DNA of 63,401 bases, the filler included, from Sluysia triapertura (taxonomy: Eukaryota): the NCBI GenBank assembly GCA_046118255.1. It is 4 parts of 4 records of this genome, joined end to end, with 100 filler letters (N's around TTAATTAATTAA, not from the genome) between each part and the next. Parts side by side here need not be neighbours in the genome. Positions count along the whole stretch, not along the records: positions 1 to 22,403 come from JBJNIA010229566.1; 3 more parts are not named here. The stretch is one strand, 5' to 3'. Shown here one piece after another: positions 1 through 14,260 of this stretch (position 1 is the stretch's first letter; every line of letters begins with the position of its first letter). The notes under the pieces were generated by a model, which was given only the letters and a program-made list of their open reading frames with translations, was not told the DNA's origin and did not search any database. The translations under genes and the position numbers were made by a program.

Positions 1-1509
1 GACTAATCGGGTCTAATAACTTATAATTAAGAGCTTACGTAATCTTTTGACCAAATCGAAAATATCCGAAATTGTGGAAATCGAATTGTACAACCAAATT
101 GAGAAACCAAAAAATCGTCAAACTTCGTGTTAACTATGGTATGACCAAATTAGAAAAAATCGAATTGTAGAAACGTCCAAATATTTCAAAAAATCAATCA
201 GAAATCGTATTGTCCAAATAATCGTTGAGAAACTCTATTCCAAATTTGAACCGTCTATTAGTTGTTATTATTTCCAAAAAATGTCGTTATAACTTCTAAA
301 AATTCAATTCGTAAGCTTTCTAAAAACATTGAGTTCTTAAAATATTCATACCTTTATATACTTGCTTTATAGTATAAATATCCGATTTTAATATTCTTTA
401 TTTGTTGAATAAATAAATAATTTAAAATATAAATATCCGATTTTAATTACTACGATAATATAAATTTCCGTCTTTATAATGAGATAATTTTTCGATATAA
501 ATTTCCGTTTTATAATATTTATAATAATGATTTCCTTTTGATAATGATTGATTGTTTTCGTAATTTTAAGTTAAAATATTATTATTACAATTATTATTTT
601 ATAATAAAACTTTAAATTAAATTAAAATATTTACAATTATTGTTACAATTATTATTTTACAATAAAACTTTAATTTACAATAAAACTTTAAATTAAAATA
701 TTTTCGTCGAAATAAATTATTATTACAACTATTATTTATAACTCGACATAATTTATTTTATTTATACACAAATTACTTTATTTACAATTATGTATCGATA
801 AATTGAATTTTAAAAATATCGTCCTTATTATGAATATCATTTAAAATCATCTTAGTTCTTGCCTGGATTTTAATTTTTCCTAATTGATTTTTAGTTTCTC
901 TTAACTATTATTTCTTTAGAAAAACGTACTGATTTTTTATTATGATCACTTAAATAATAACTTAAAATTTTGTGATTATTATTTAAGTCACTTTTTATAT
1001 TGATATTTTTAGAGGCAAAATGCCTCATGCGTTTCTTATGTTACTAAAACATTAATTATATTAATAAATTAATTATATTATATTAATTAATTATATTAAT
1101 AAAAACTTCTACACAAAATAATTGAGTCTGAAAAAATTTATACATTATTAATTAATATATTTAAATTTGATTTCTTTTAGTACGCACTCTGCAACAAGTT
1201 TCATTTCCTTCGTACCACAATAACTGATATCAAGTCCTTGTTTTAGCTTTTTTCTTCAATCCTCATTCCATTTAATTGACAGTAAATATATATCATGAAT
1301 TAGATAAAACCAATTTTCTGCATTGACAACACGTAATTTAATTATTTGTTTTCATTATTAACAAAACGAAATTCATTTTATAATTTTCGGCCAACAATTT
1401 TTTATACCACTAAAGACAACGCACTAAGATGTTTAAATAAAATTATTTACACAAATATTCATAATAAAACCACAATAATTTCATAAATAATTGTATATTT
1501 CATAAATAG

Positions 1510-3470
1510 AATAGTTAAATTTGTTTTACTTCATTATGTCCGAAATCATCACGAATATTAACTTCTACATTTGTAGTTGATAATACAGGTAAGTAAATCG
1601 GATTTTTTTATAGTTACAGTAACTGTATCATGATTTTAATGTTCTTTAGTAATTGCTAACCAAATAGTATTTAATTAAATTAATTGAATTTAATTAAATT
1701 CAAGTAAACATTCATGTGATTTACAGCTTTATTCAGTAAAGGAGAGTTATCTGCTGCATATACTATTCCTTTATAAAATCTATTAAAACTAAATCCTAAA
1801 CATACTGATAAATCCTCAAGTGATATAACTGCATTGTGATCATCTTTAAGTTGTAAGACCATTTTAGTATTTTCTAATTCAACTATGTGAAATAAAGTCA
1901 TTTGCAGATTTAATTGCAATCTGTAACGTTTTTACAAAATAATATTTATATTGACTCACATTTATTGATTCAATTTCAAATTCAACTGAAATACCAAACC
2001 TTTTTCATTACTGGATTTGAAATGAATATCTGTTACTTATTTCATTTCTTTTTGTCAACATAAAATAAATTTTCAAACCGATTTAAGTAAGGTGTTTTAT
2101 AATAAAGTTGTGAAAAAAATACTTAAAAACATGGAATTAATAATCATTCAGTGATTAGTCAGTCCAAGGCATTATTAGTTGAACGATTTAATCGTACTAT
2201 AAAAAATATTTTATGAAACAAAGTAATAAAAAATGGATTATTGTATTACCTAACATAAATGCATATAATCACAGTAAACACCGAGGTCCTAAACCTATAG
2301 TTATTAATTCAACTAATTTATGGAAATTTGGCAAAAATGTAATTTAAAACAAAATTGCGACTATGAAAGAATGTCAAAAATTTCAACTCCATTCATAAAA
2401 AAATTAAAAGAATACGATGGTGAGGCGATACAAGGAAAATTTTATCGTAAAGAATTACAGGTTTTACCTCAAAAACTGATAATTTATTTTTTTTGAATCA
2501 ATTTTAGAAAAACTAAAAAGTTAAATGAGTTGGATTTAAGAAACCCGAATAGATAATTGAACGTTATTTAATATTACCAATCGATAGTTGTCCACTCACT
2601 CAACCAGAAAATAATGCTAGCATGTTCATTGTGGATTATCAAAATGCAATAGAATTGCCTGGCAAATGGGAAGCTGCACTAATCAAAGTTATAATTTTTA
2701 TAAAATTTCAATTGGACAGGGAACATAATACTATTTAATAAAAAATTAATGTGGCCAAAATTTACCTTTGATGAGAAAAATAAACTTATTGATAAATCAC
2801 GTATTGCACAAAAAATAAATAAAATAAAATACTTTTAACGAATTAATGAGTGCATTTATGGAAAATAAAATAAATACTAATTAATAATTAGTATTAATTA
2901 TTAATACTAATATTAATGTCAATATTGTTTCACTTACATGTTAACCAATCTTTGATTTAACTGGTACTGATAATGCAAATCTTGAATATGCATTATTAAT
3001 TTTTGTTTATGGAATTATTTCCACTGAATGAGCTTACCGTAATTCATTTGATCCTCCAGTTTTATATTTATGTGTTGGAAATCTTTCTCTGATTGGTTTG
3101 TTAAGTGAGTATGCCAACTGATTTCTCAATTATTTTGTTGTCTTTTTGCTAGCTTTTCTATTCCTCTGTAACCATCCTGGGCTTTTGGATGGAATCATGT
3201 ATCCGTCACTTACAACGATCTGATTTTATACTAGATAATGCTGAACCCAAACTTACCATTAATATTTAAATATTTTGTTTACCCCATTCCATGCCTTATT
3301 AATCAATCCACCAGCAAGTGATGCAACAATTTTTAGTATTGCACCATTAGAAGTACCATTTTATTTGTAAACATTTTGAATTTTATATTTCAATGCTTGT
3401 TTTTTAGATTCAATAACATTTTTTTACTCAGTTATTTGTATCAATATATTAATTAAATTATCAATTAGAA
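1510..3470. mobile_element. Decayed Polinton/Maverick remnant (integrase + minor capsid/penton fragments), internally inverted
   Basis: Hand translation. Minus ~3200-2915: ..LRNQLAYSLNKPIRERFP..YSRFALSVPVKSK (integrase N-half). Plus ~2074-2463: QTD..FYNKVV..HGIN..SKALLVERFNRTIK..YNHSKHR..LKEYDGEAIQGKFYRKELQV (integrase C-half). Plus ~2590-2690: NNASMFIVDYQNAIELPGKWEAALIKV (penton N-term). Minus ~1920-1535: LSVCLGF..MNVYLNLI..IYLPVLSTTNVEVNIRDDFG (penton C-term). Many stops and frameshifts. Confidence 0.8.
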
Positions 3471-6400
3471 ATGAAAGAAATAATTTTAAAATTGAGTCTA
3501 CTAGATTTTTGTGCTTTCAATAATGCATTAAAGTTTGGTAAACTACGTTCAAATTTCATCTTTTATTTTGTCAGAGAAGAGTGAAAATTAATTGTTTGAT
3601 TATAACTCTTAAAATTAGATAATTAATTCATTAAAGGCGGGAGTCGTAATACTACGATTTATCTCGACTGTATCTTAAAGGCGGGAGTCGTATTAGTACG
3701 GTTTGTAACCACATTGCGCAATCAATGCGCCACTTTACATTTGTATTTAGTGTGTTTTGTGGTTTGAAACTGTTCGGTTCAAATTTTACTTAGAGTAAAT
3801 ATTATCCCGCGCCTTTAAGGTGTTAATATCTTTTTTAGTACACATTATAATATGTGATACCTTTGGATTAGAAATATTAACAGGTATATTCAAATTCTCA
3901 GAACATGCTTGTGTGGTATTTTTGTTGCATCATGAAAAACATTTTAGATATAATTTGTTATTTGAAATGCTTGTGTTAAAAATCAGTTACAGTTTGATCT
4001 CTAAGGTTTTTTAAGTATTACTGAATAATGTATATTTTGCAAGTGTTTTTGTTTAAAAATAAATTTATACATTTCAAATGTAAATGTCGCCTTTAACTTT
4101 CCGCCTTAAAATTGTTTATTTGAGGATGAGTCTACCTATTCCTTAGGGAAAGACGATGTTTGGGTTTTTTTGGGTAACAAGTCAAAAGAAAGGTCTTAAC
4201 TTTAAAGTTAGAATTTTAATATGTGGGATCAACTCGTATTACTATCAACTATATTACTATAAACAAGTTTCTAAATTATACTAATCAATAATTAAGTCTT
4301 ACAAGACAGTTTTAAAAAATACAAGTAAAATCTTACGATAATAAATAATATTTAATAGATTTTAAGATTTCTCTTAATACCTCAATAATGGCTGTAGTTT
4401 GGTAGCCTCCCGTTAAAAAATAGATGAAACTTAATAAAAATAATCTTACGTATTCATTGATAGAATTGTTTTTTCAAAAATGCTTTCGCATTGTGAACTC
4501 GAATATCAATTATTATTATTGTAAAATTATTTTCAATAAAATTTAATTATATGCATGTTTTATAATTATGTTTATCTGAATATTCTACGTTGAGTTCCTT
4601 TAGTTGAATCGGTATTGTTAATAATGATTCACCTAATTTATTTAAAGTTTAACTTAATCTAAAATGTCGTGAGTTTTATACTCGTCTCATATGATCGAGA
4701 TGAAAATGCTTAGCTTCTTACAAGTTTTATTTAGTTATTCTTTGTTTGGTCATTCTTTAAAACTGAACAAATCACCAAGCACGTTATAGAATTGTTGAAC
4801 AGATTACCACGTCGCAAAATTATCGAATAAATGCACGCTGATTAACAAATTGTTGGTTGAATAAATAACCGCGTTGCAAAGTTACAAATTCTTGATTAAA
4901 TAAACGACTATGTTTGCAAAATTATTCTCTAGATCAACTATAGATATTCTCAGTACTTATAGTTTTTTTTGGTTTAATTACAGTAATAATTACTTCACAA
5001 TTTTTTGACAAAATCATTAATTACTGAATATTTTTTTTAATATTTTAATCCTGTTTCCTCAAATCCACCATGATATCAATATATTCATTAAAGTTATTTA
5101 TAAATTTATTTCTTTGCAGTAACTTTCATGCATAACGTTTTTTTCCACTGCGCTTTGGCCTACGTTGCATTATTATTTAAATACATTATTAAATCATTAT
5201 TAAGTACATTATTATAAGCATATTATAATCAAAGTAAAGTAATAAAATACATTTTTTAATTAGTTATTTTCATTTTAAAATTTTCTAGTAATTCTTTTAG
5301 AACCTTCTTCATTTCCTTGTATTCCAAATGTTAGTAGCACAAAATTAATTCAAGTTCATTTTATGGAGATAAGGTATGTATGATTAAATAAAAGTTAATA
5401 AAATGTTACTTATATTTATATTAATTAGGCCTAAAGTAATTGACGAGATGGTAATTACAATTTTATACAGTGTGGTACTTCCGTTTTTATTTGATGCATA
5501 AAAATATGAGTAGTATCAAGAGAATATTTTTGAATATTAATAATTCGTGCCATCACTAAAACATTCTCGTCCGAAACCTTTGAACACTAGAGAATGTTGT
5601 AAACTCAAATAGTCCTCATTGTGATTACAGCCATTTTCCATAGTGAGATGAGTCTAAAAATAGTTAAATAAACACGTAAGTTTATTTATTTTGCTTAAAT
5701 AATACATTTTCCTTGGTTTTCTGATTTTTGGTTTTTTAGATAATGCTTTCGTGATATTGATACTGTCTTACGTAATACAGGTTTAGTTTTATGTGATGCA
5801 TTCTTTATATTTATAAAATAATTTGTTACTAATTGTCGTGATAGATTTGAGCTTAAGGAACCTAAGTTCGTTTCTGCAATTATTGCATCATCTTTTGTTT
5901 CTTGGAGTACGATAATTATCACCTCATTATCTTCACTATTTTCACGTATTATGTGTGGGTCTAACTTTGTAATGATGGTGGTCTTAAAGATGTAGAACTA
6001 TACAAAAATGTATTTTAGATGCTGGTTGTGCTGCTAAATTAGATGGAATCAAATTTTTTGAATTTTACAAATTGTGATTACCTATTTTTGTATTTTTTAA
6101 ACTTTATGATTATTTGTATTCATTATTAAAATATTTGTGTGGTTCCACATTTGTGCCATTGTCATGCGTATCGACCTAAATTCTTATTTATCACGAAATT
6201 CACTATATAAAACAAGGAAATATCCAGTAATATATATGCTATATTATAATAAAGTTGGTCGGACATAATTAAATGAATATTCAGGGAATATGTAATAAAG
6301 TTAAAAAAAACTTTATAAAAAATTGGTGAAATAGTAGAAATCTTATATTTTTGATAAGAATAATTTTGCTTTTATACAACATATGATAAATTTTTGATAT

Positions 6401-6478
6401 TCTGTAAAGTTTTATTTTTGTAAAAAGAAATTAAACTTATAAAATTAGAATGATTGTTTATTTTGTTTGTCTTGTTAG

Positions 6479-6624
6479 GAAGAAAGAAAGGGCGCTTAGT
6501 TGAAGGTAGTGAATCAGTTTGGCGACATAGATCAAAAGCAGTTCGACCTGGATCTTATTTAGAATCTCCAAATCCTAAAGCTCGAAGCAGAAAATTATTC
6601 GAAGATGAAATGCTAAACATGTAA
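6479..6624 (+). CDS. Candidate terminal exon of an unidentified gene
   Basis: Pyrimidine tract + ttag acceptor, then a GC-richer open frame (G)RKKGRLVEGSESVWRHRSKAVRPGSYLESPNPKARSRKLFEDEMLNM*. No family recognised. Confidence 0.3.
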
Positions 6625-9600
6625 CATATATTTGTTATTTATCTGAGTTATTTGTATATTTAATGTTTTGTATTTGAAATAAAAATTTAATTTAACTATA
6701 ATAAGCATGAATTAAGCGTGCTACATCAAATGTATAATATTAAAAATCCTGTTATATAAAATCGCCCAGTTACAAGAATAAGTAATTAAAATTATCGTCG
6801 AAAAAACTTGACAAATTTCGATATATTTGATTGATTTTATCACAATAAATAAAATCGACTTATTCATTGTAAACAAGTTTAAATATTTCATCCTTTAATG
6901 TTTTGAAACAATGTTTTATAACTTTAGTAATAAAATTTATTTTATTCATGAAGATATTTGTTGGTATAGTTTTAATTATTTATTAGATTAATTAATTACT
7001 AGGTATATGCACATCTACACATTTTGACCCAGATGAGCTCTGTATTTTATTCCAAATAATGGTTTTAATAACAATCCATAGCATAAAGATGGACTTAATC
7101 AAATAACTAGTTTGTTTACAAAAAATAATACTGATTGAATATCTCAGTCGAAATCCCACATTTCGAAAATCATTGTTATTCAAAGTAGAACATAAAATAT
7201 GAGGAGTTAATTGTAAAAAGTAAGGTAATCAAATTTTTCAAGACTGAATTAATATTTTGTGTGTTTATTACAGCTCAAACAATTAGTGTTTGCACGCGTG
7301 AAAAGACATCCACTGAAATGAGAACAGAATATTTATATTACATTTATTAATTTACAAGTTTATCCCACGAAGGACAGTAACAAATGTTATTAATTTAGCA
7401 TAATTCTTACATATTTTTATTCGACTGTTACATATTAGTTGTAATATTATCGTACTAAAATGTCTTAATTTTTATTATAGTAATTAAATTAATATTAAAA
7501 GCATAACATCATAAAACATCTACTTTCGTATTTGATGAATGTCTTAAATTAGCGGAATACATATGAAAATATATCAATCCTTTAAGCGAACTTCTAATTC
7601 TTGTGTTAATATAATCAACTTTAAATTGCATTTTCATATAAGTGTTATTTATTTTATGATTAACATTATTTTAGCACCATTGAATTTCAACATATTAATT
7701 AATAAGTCAAATATTGCTTATATATAAATAAATAAAACAAGGGAGGTCATATAACTATAACTGTTAGACGATATATCAATAGTATCAAAAATGTTTAAAA
7801 CTTTTAACTTTCGTTATTTTAGATAATTTATTGTTGAAGACATAGTTTGCATTTGGCCACTGGATGAAGCGTTAGCCAGCTTGCGAATAAAGAATATGAA
7901 CACTGGAACAAATCGATTTAATTTTGGGCTGTTATTGCGAAATTTAACAAAAATGATTTTCTTTAAATACTAATTTTAAAATAATTTTTTAGCATAGAGT
8001 GTTTGCTTATTTAATGCATTACATTTAATTTCTAGCACATAATTGGGATATATAATACCGTTTAAGTAATAATAGTATCGCTTTAGATACTAATGTCGGT
8101 ATATTTGAACAAGGCAATTCGTTCAAATAACAATTTATAAATTAGACATCACAGAAAACATTAAATAGCACAAACATTTGATATAGATATGAACACTTAA
8201 AATATAAGATTTAATTTCAAAATAAATAAAATTTTTATAGCATTTTCGGTGTTGGGTGACCACAAAAGCGATTAAAAGAAACAAAATATATCAAATTTTA
8301 ATAAATGAACATATTTTGGTTTTTCTAAGTGTAATATTATGCATTATGGTAAAAAATGTTAAAATTTTAATATATATTTCATGAGAGTACCTAAAATATT
8401 TTTAAAGTTCCTCTTATAATTTCTTTAATGAATAAATATAATCTGATAAGGTTCTTTGTAGATAATAAAACAAATTATAATAATTCATTTGTCAACGCAT
8501 GTCAAACAAATGATCTTTCTATTCGGACGTATATTTAATTAAATTTTCATTTTATTGTATAGAATATTTTGTAGGCCTAAAAATTAATTGACATCAATAT
8601 ACAAGTATAACTTATCACAAATTTTCTTATGTAATGGTACTTATTCAACCGAAAAAGTACGTTCTTAATTCACATTAATAACAATAAGTCAATAATATAA
8701 TAATTAAAAAATCAAACTCAAGTTGTTATTATAATTCTCTGATTGATTAGTAATATAAGTGAACTAAATGAAAAATTACTAAATTTCGAAGTTAACAATA
8801 AAATTTGTGACAATATTACGACCACAACAATCTGTCTAAAGAAACCAGATGGGACGCAACAAATAAAATACCAATATCTGAATAAATCGAAATCACGAAT
8901 AATAATATTTATATCACATAGAGCAAATCTATTCTACTTTAATAGCCGAAATACTGTAAAGTAATTCCATTAAAATTAATTTAACAGTACCTTAATTAAA
9001 AAATACTTAAAAATTCTTCAAAATGACTCGCAAAGATAAAAAAATTCATTTAATAAAAAACTTCAAAAAAAATGTTCAATAATATTAATAATAAATGAAT
9101 AATCATAAAAGTTTACCATAATCATGCATCTTTCTTTTATTGGGATTGGTGAAGAGTCAAAATAAAATAATGAGAAATACGAAGAAACGACCCTTTAAAA
9201 GGCTTTATTTGTTAAAATACTAAAGTACATTTATTAATAAATTTAATTAAAATTTGCTTAATTTGATAACTTAATAAAAATGCTTCTCATTATATAATGA
9301 TATTGGATTTATAGTATAATATTGAGTTTTATTAATGTTTTTAATGATGAAGTATTGCGAAGCACGTCAACGTAAATAACGTAAAATTAGTTATTTTAAT
9401 TAATTTTTATAATTTAAAATTAAAGTTAAATATGTTCTGATGTCTAAGTATTAAATATATATTAAGTATATATCAAATTAATGCTTATATAGAAATCAAT
9501 TCAAATAATTTTTAAACTTGACGTGTAACGTACGGTTGACGCACAATGTATTAATGCGGAATACTCCTGTGAGAAAATATTTATTATTTCATTAATTTTA

Positions 9601-9762
9601 TTTGCAGATTAAGTTGACAAATTATGTTATTGGTATAATAACTATGTAACAATGATTTTAATTTTGATTAGGTGAAATTAAGAAGACAAGGGGATTGTTG
9701 ACCACAAATCCTATTATCATTAGATAATTAAAATTAGATTGAATTTGAACATAGATGGAAAT

Positions 9763-10316
9763 TACTGTCGAAATTCAATGAGTAAAATTAGTCGGCTTAT
9801 TGCCGACTAAAAGAGAATAGACAGCTTTAATTTCCGTCTTGTTCAGTTCTTGATTTTAATTTCCTACAGCATCATAAAACTGCTATAGAAGCAGTTACAT
9901 TTTTGCATAAAATTAGAAAATAAAACAACAGAAATAGATGTTAGATTTGAGTTACCAAAACTTTCTAGCTGAGAGACACTGCCTTGATACATCTGTGGTT
10001 AACGGTGATATCAGGGCTTATTCTTTAGTAATTGATTATCTTAAATGTTTAGGATTAGAGGACCTAGGATTAGTGATTTATTTTATATTGAATATATTTT
10101 GCATTAATACTGATGCAAAGATTTAAGTTGTGTCATCCCTGGTTTTTATTTGCTTTTTGTTATAGAGTACTTTGTATTGTCGTTGTCGTTAAAAATAATT
10201 TATACCTTTTCATTGTAATTTTGCGATTATCCACAGAATATATCGAGATTCTGAATTTGTTTAGTTATTGGGTTTTGATTAATAATTTATAAAGCAAAAA
10301 AGTATAAAAGACAACA
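9763..10316 (+). mobile_element. Solo LTR of the gypsy family at 32556-33971
   Basis: Shares agtaaaat..gtcggcttat..aaaagagaata.acagctttaatttc, ttctagctg and a 3' end aaaagacaaca with the LTR at 32556-32974. No clear TSD. Confidence 0.75.
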
Positions 10317-11954
10317 TCTACTTTATTTCTCTTTTTGGTCACTATTTCCAATAACGAAAATTATATTCAAAGAAGATTTATTAATTAAACACTGTGTAAT
10401 AATGACAATAATGATGAACAAAAAATTATTATTAATTATAAAAAGATTCGTATTTAATTTAAATATTTTTTAATTATTTCTCTGGACTCGAAGTGTATTA
10501 CTTACTTTAATAATCAAAGTTAGGGGCAATTGTAACTTATATTTTTCAAAATTAGAACTCTTGTAATTAACTGTGATTTGTGTCTTCAGTTTAGAAATGT
10601 AATCAAAGTGTTTTCCAAATTCAGGATTTTCAATAATCAAAGTTAGGAGTAGTTGTAACTTATGTTTTCAAAATTAAAACTCTTGAAATTGAACTCAGGA
10701 TTCTATAATTATTGACGATTTGCAATAATTGACTTTAAATTCTCCTTCTGTTAAGTACTGACAGTTGTGTTGTGATTATTAACTTGTAGGTGATATTTAT
10801 ATTATATCTCATTATTATTGATTATTTAATTTTTATAAAAATATTAACAGTTACATAAATTTTATTCAGTTTTAGCTATTATATTAATAATTTAACATAC
10901 AAATTTTATGTCATAGTAGTTAGAAATAATAATAATCATAGTTTCGTTTCATAGTAGTTAGAAATAGTAATAAGATTAATTTAAATTAAATTTGTTAGTA
11001 ATAATGATAATAGTAATATGAATTAACAAGATAATTTTTAATAATAATGACACATTTTTCTCAGTCCAAATATTTATGTTTTATTAAATTTTAATTACAC
11101 GTAATTTATATTCAGTCTTATTTTAATGATTTTTCTCGATTACATATTTTACATTTTACATATTGCATATTACATATTAATTTTGATATTCTTTCTGTTC
11201 TGTCTAATCTTTAATTTAAGTTGATTTTAATCGAAAATAATGTTATTAATTTTTAATTATATTCTAATTTTATTCAATCCCAATTTAATATAATTTTAAC
11301 TCTCAAATTGGAATGATCTTTATATTCTTAAAGTTTAATGTTATATTCTTTTTATAGAATCTTATTTTAAAGATTTTTTATTTTATTTCAATTTAAAACC
11401 AGTTACTGTTTATTATTAAATTTTGAAATTACATTAACTCTATTAAATCTCATTTTAAATTGATATAAAGCATTATATCTTAATGTAATGATTTTAATTT
11501 TACTTTAAAATAATTTTATGTTAAATAAATTTAAATTAAATGAATTTTAGATTTAATTTAATTTAAATGCATGTGAGAAAAGCCATTAAAAAGCTGGCGC
11601 CACTTGCGTTAGTGTTAATTTCAAAATTATTAAAAAATGTATAATTTTTCATGAATTTTCAGTAAAATAGCATAAAATGTGAAAATTGGTAAATTTAGTA
11701 TTCTCTGTCAAAGTGTAATATAGTGTGAAATGTTCTAAAGCAATCTGCCATCTTCTAACAAAAGTAATAATAACTTTAGACTTAATAATATTTTCACTTA
11801 TTTTATTTAATTCAAATATTTTCTCATAAAATGGTGGTATATTATAGAAATAACTTTGTGCACACACTTTAAAAGCAGAAACGATTATGCAAAACATTGT
11901 CTTTATTTAATCCTCTGAAAGAATATGTAACATGACCTGCTTAAGCCTGAGAAA

Positions 11955-11997
11955 TACGAGTGGGACCAATTGGGCCCAGCGGCGGCGAAAGGGTTAA
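11955..11997 (-). mobile_element. piggyBac-like terminal inverted repeat at TTAA
   Basis: Minus strand reads TTAA|CCCTTTCGCCGCCGCTGGGCCCAATTGGTCCC: TTAA target, CCC terminus and subterminal palindrome. Partner end not found. Confidence 0.6.
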
Positions 11998-12551
11998 AGT
12001 TTACATAAAATAAATTTCATATTGTTAAAATCTACATTCAAAGATATATTTTAAATGATAAGTTTTAAAAGGTTACAATTTTCTGTAGAACATTTTGAAA
12101 ATAAGTTCAGTGCTTTTATAAATTCAGACATTAAAAATTTTTAGTAAATTTTTTATATCTAAATTAACAAAATTAAATAGTAATATCAGAAGAATCTTTT
12201 ATTAAATTAATTTATTTAAAAATTTAATTTTCTATTCCTTTGAAATGTAATTTTAAGGCCTTAAAACAAACTAATAAAAACTATTCGTTATCTAACAATT
12301 AAAATTTTAGTTCTCTGAGGGGACGAATATTCTATTTCTATTATTTTAATTTTTCATCAAGTTACAACATTTTTTAGACTTAGATTTATTTTCTAATATA
12401 TGGTTTGAATACTAATTCTACCGCGATTTTGTGTGTACCTATTTTTACCAAAAATGTGTATTTAGATCTCGGATGAGTTGAAGGAAAAATTTAACAATTC
12501 TTATACGAAAAATCAAAACATGAATTGAGGAAAAATTTTAAAAAGTTAAAA

Positions 12552-12587
12552 GGTGTCTTTTGACACCTGTAGAAGAAACAGTGTTAA
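12552..12587 (-). mobile_element. Second piggyBac-like end
   Basis: Minus strand reads TTAA|CACTGTTTCTTCTACAGGTGTCAAAAGACACC, with a subterminal palindrome. Confidence 0.45.
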
Positions 12588-14260
12588 AATATTTCTAACG
12601 CTAACATTTATGTTTCTTAATATTAAAATACAATAAATAATCCCTATCTTAAAATGTAATATAAAATATAATTATATCTATTTTGTATTTATAATTTAAA
12701 ATTAATTTATAGTTTAAACTGAAAGTCGAGTCCACCTAATATACACGGTTTATATCAACGTAGAAGACGTGTTATTAGGATTTTAAAGCAATTTAATGCT
12801 GTTAAAAATTTTTCTTATTTTCTTCTGCGTATTCTTTATTTTATTAATTATTCTAAAATTTGTGTAAGTATTTATAATAAATTATAATCTCCATCTTACT
12901 TTTCATAATTAATTTAACTAAACAAAATCTAAAATTTAATAAAAAAAATTTTTTTAATTTACCTCTAATTAAATAAACAAAATCTAAAAATTATTTTAAA
13001 ACTAAAATTTAGAAATTTAAAACTTAATAAAGAATTTAAAATAAACTTAAATTTAATTATTATCAATTAATTTATTTTGGTTTATTTTTTGATTAATTTA
13101 ATTAATTCTTTTTTCCTTCATTTAATAATAAAAATAATGATTTTAAAATATATATAAATATAAAAATCAAAATAAAATTATTTGTCCATAAAAATATAAA
13201 TGTTAATGTTACGTTCATACAAATTACTTACACTTTAGAAATACACAAATGCTTTACAGTAGTAATAAAGAAACTTGTAGAGTTTTTACTTTTAATTAAC
13301 AAAATTGTAATAAATAATTTATTACTTATAAAATTCTCAAAAGGTACTCTTAAAATTTATTTTTATTTGGCAACATAAAATTAACAATGTGACAATTTAG
13401 TGAAATAAATAAAGTTAACTCTTGCTTAGTTTCTCATTGTTTTAAATCTAAATCTGTGGATGAGTGTTTATTTTCAAAATTTTCTGTGGGTTAAGTCGGA
13501 TTATATATTTTATATTTATCTGTTTTATACTTTCTTGTTATTATTTGTTGTTTGAAAACATTTTAGAAAACTTTATTTAGGTATTTTCGGTATGTCTTAT
13601 TTTGGCTTGTTGTTTTAGACTAATAATATTTTGCTAGCATTGAGTGAAACAGTACAAATTTATATTTTACTATTTTGTATTTTGGTGTTAGTTTATATAC
13701 AATGGGAACATTTTAAAATTTTACATTATTATATGAAATAAATGAATAACTTATTGTCAAAGTAATTTCGAACTAATATTTAATAACTAAATAACTAAGT
13801 CAAACTAATAACTTATTTAATTAATACTTAATACGTTCAAGTGTCATTTTAAAGATTAATTTGTTTTGCAAAACACATTTTATTCAAAGATATGTAAGAT
13901 CTTTAACTATTACATTAATATTTTAAATTAATATATTTATTCTATAAGTAAATTTCAAAAATAAGTAATTACATATGTAATTATTTACTAAAAATTAAAA
14001 TTATATTGAAAAACGAATTAAAATGCGGAGTCTACATATTGATTAGTAATACTATTAGTATTGGTTTATAATTTTATTAAATCTTAGATAAGATATAAAT
14101 TATTAATAATAGTATTTTATTTCTCAATTAAGATATATTTTTAATCTAAACCTCTATTTGCTTAATTTTATACTTATTTATTTCTAGATTTATTAATTTT
14201 ATATTTATTTAGTTACGTTAAACAAATTTATTTATTATTGTTAGTTTATTTTACTTAAGT

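Noticed and set aside
10509-10695. CRISPR-like repeat-spacer arrays (also the 33-bp repeats at 17964/18190 and the 9-bp periodic tract at 34200-34350)
   Set aside because: Only two-copy local duplications or a degenerate minisatellite; eukaryotic context and no cas genes.
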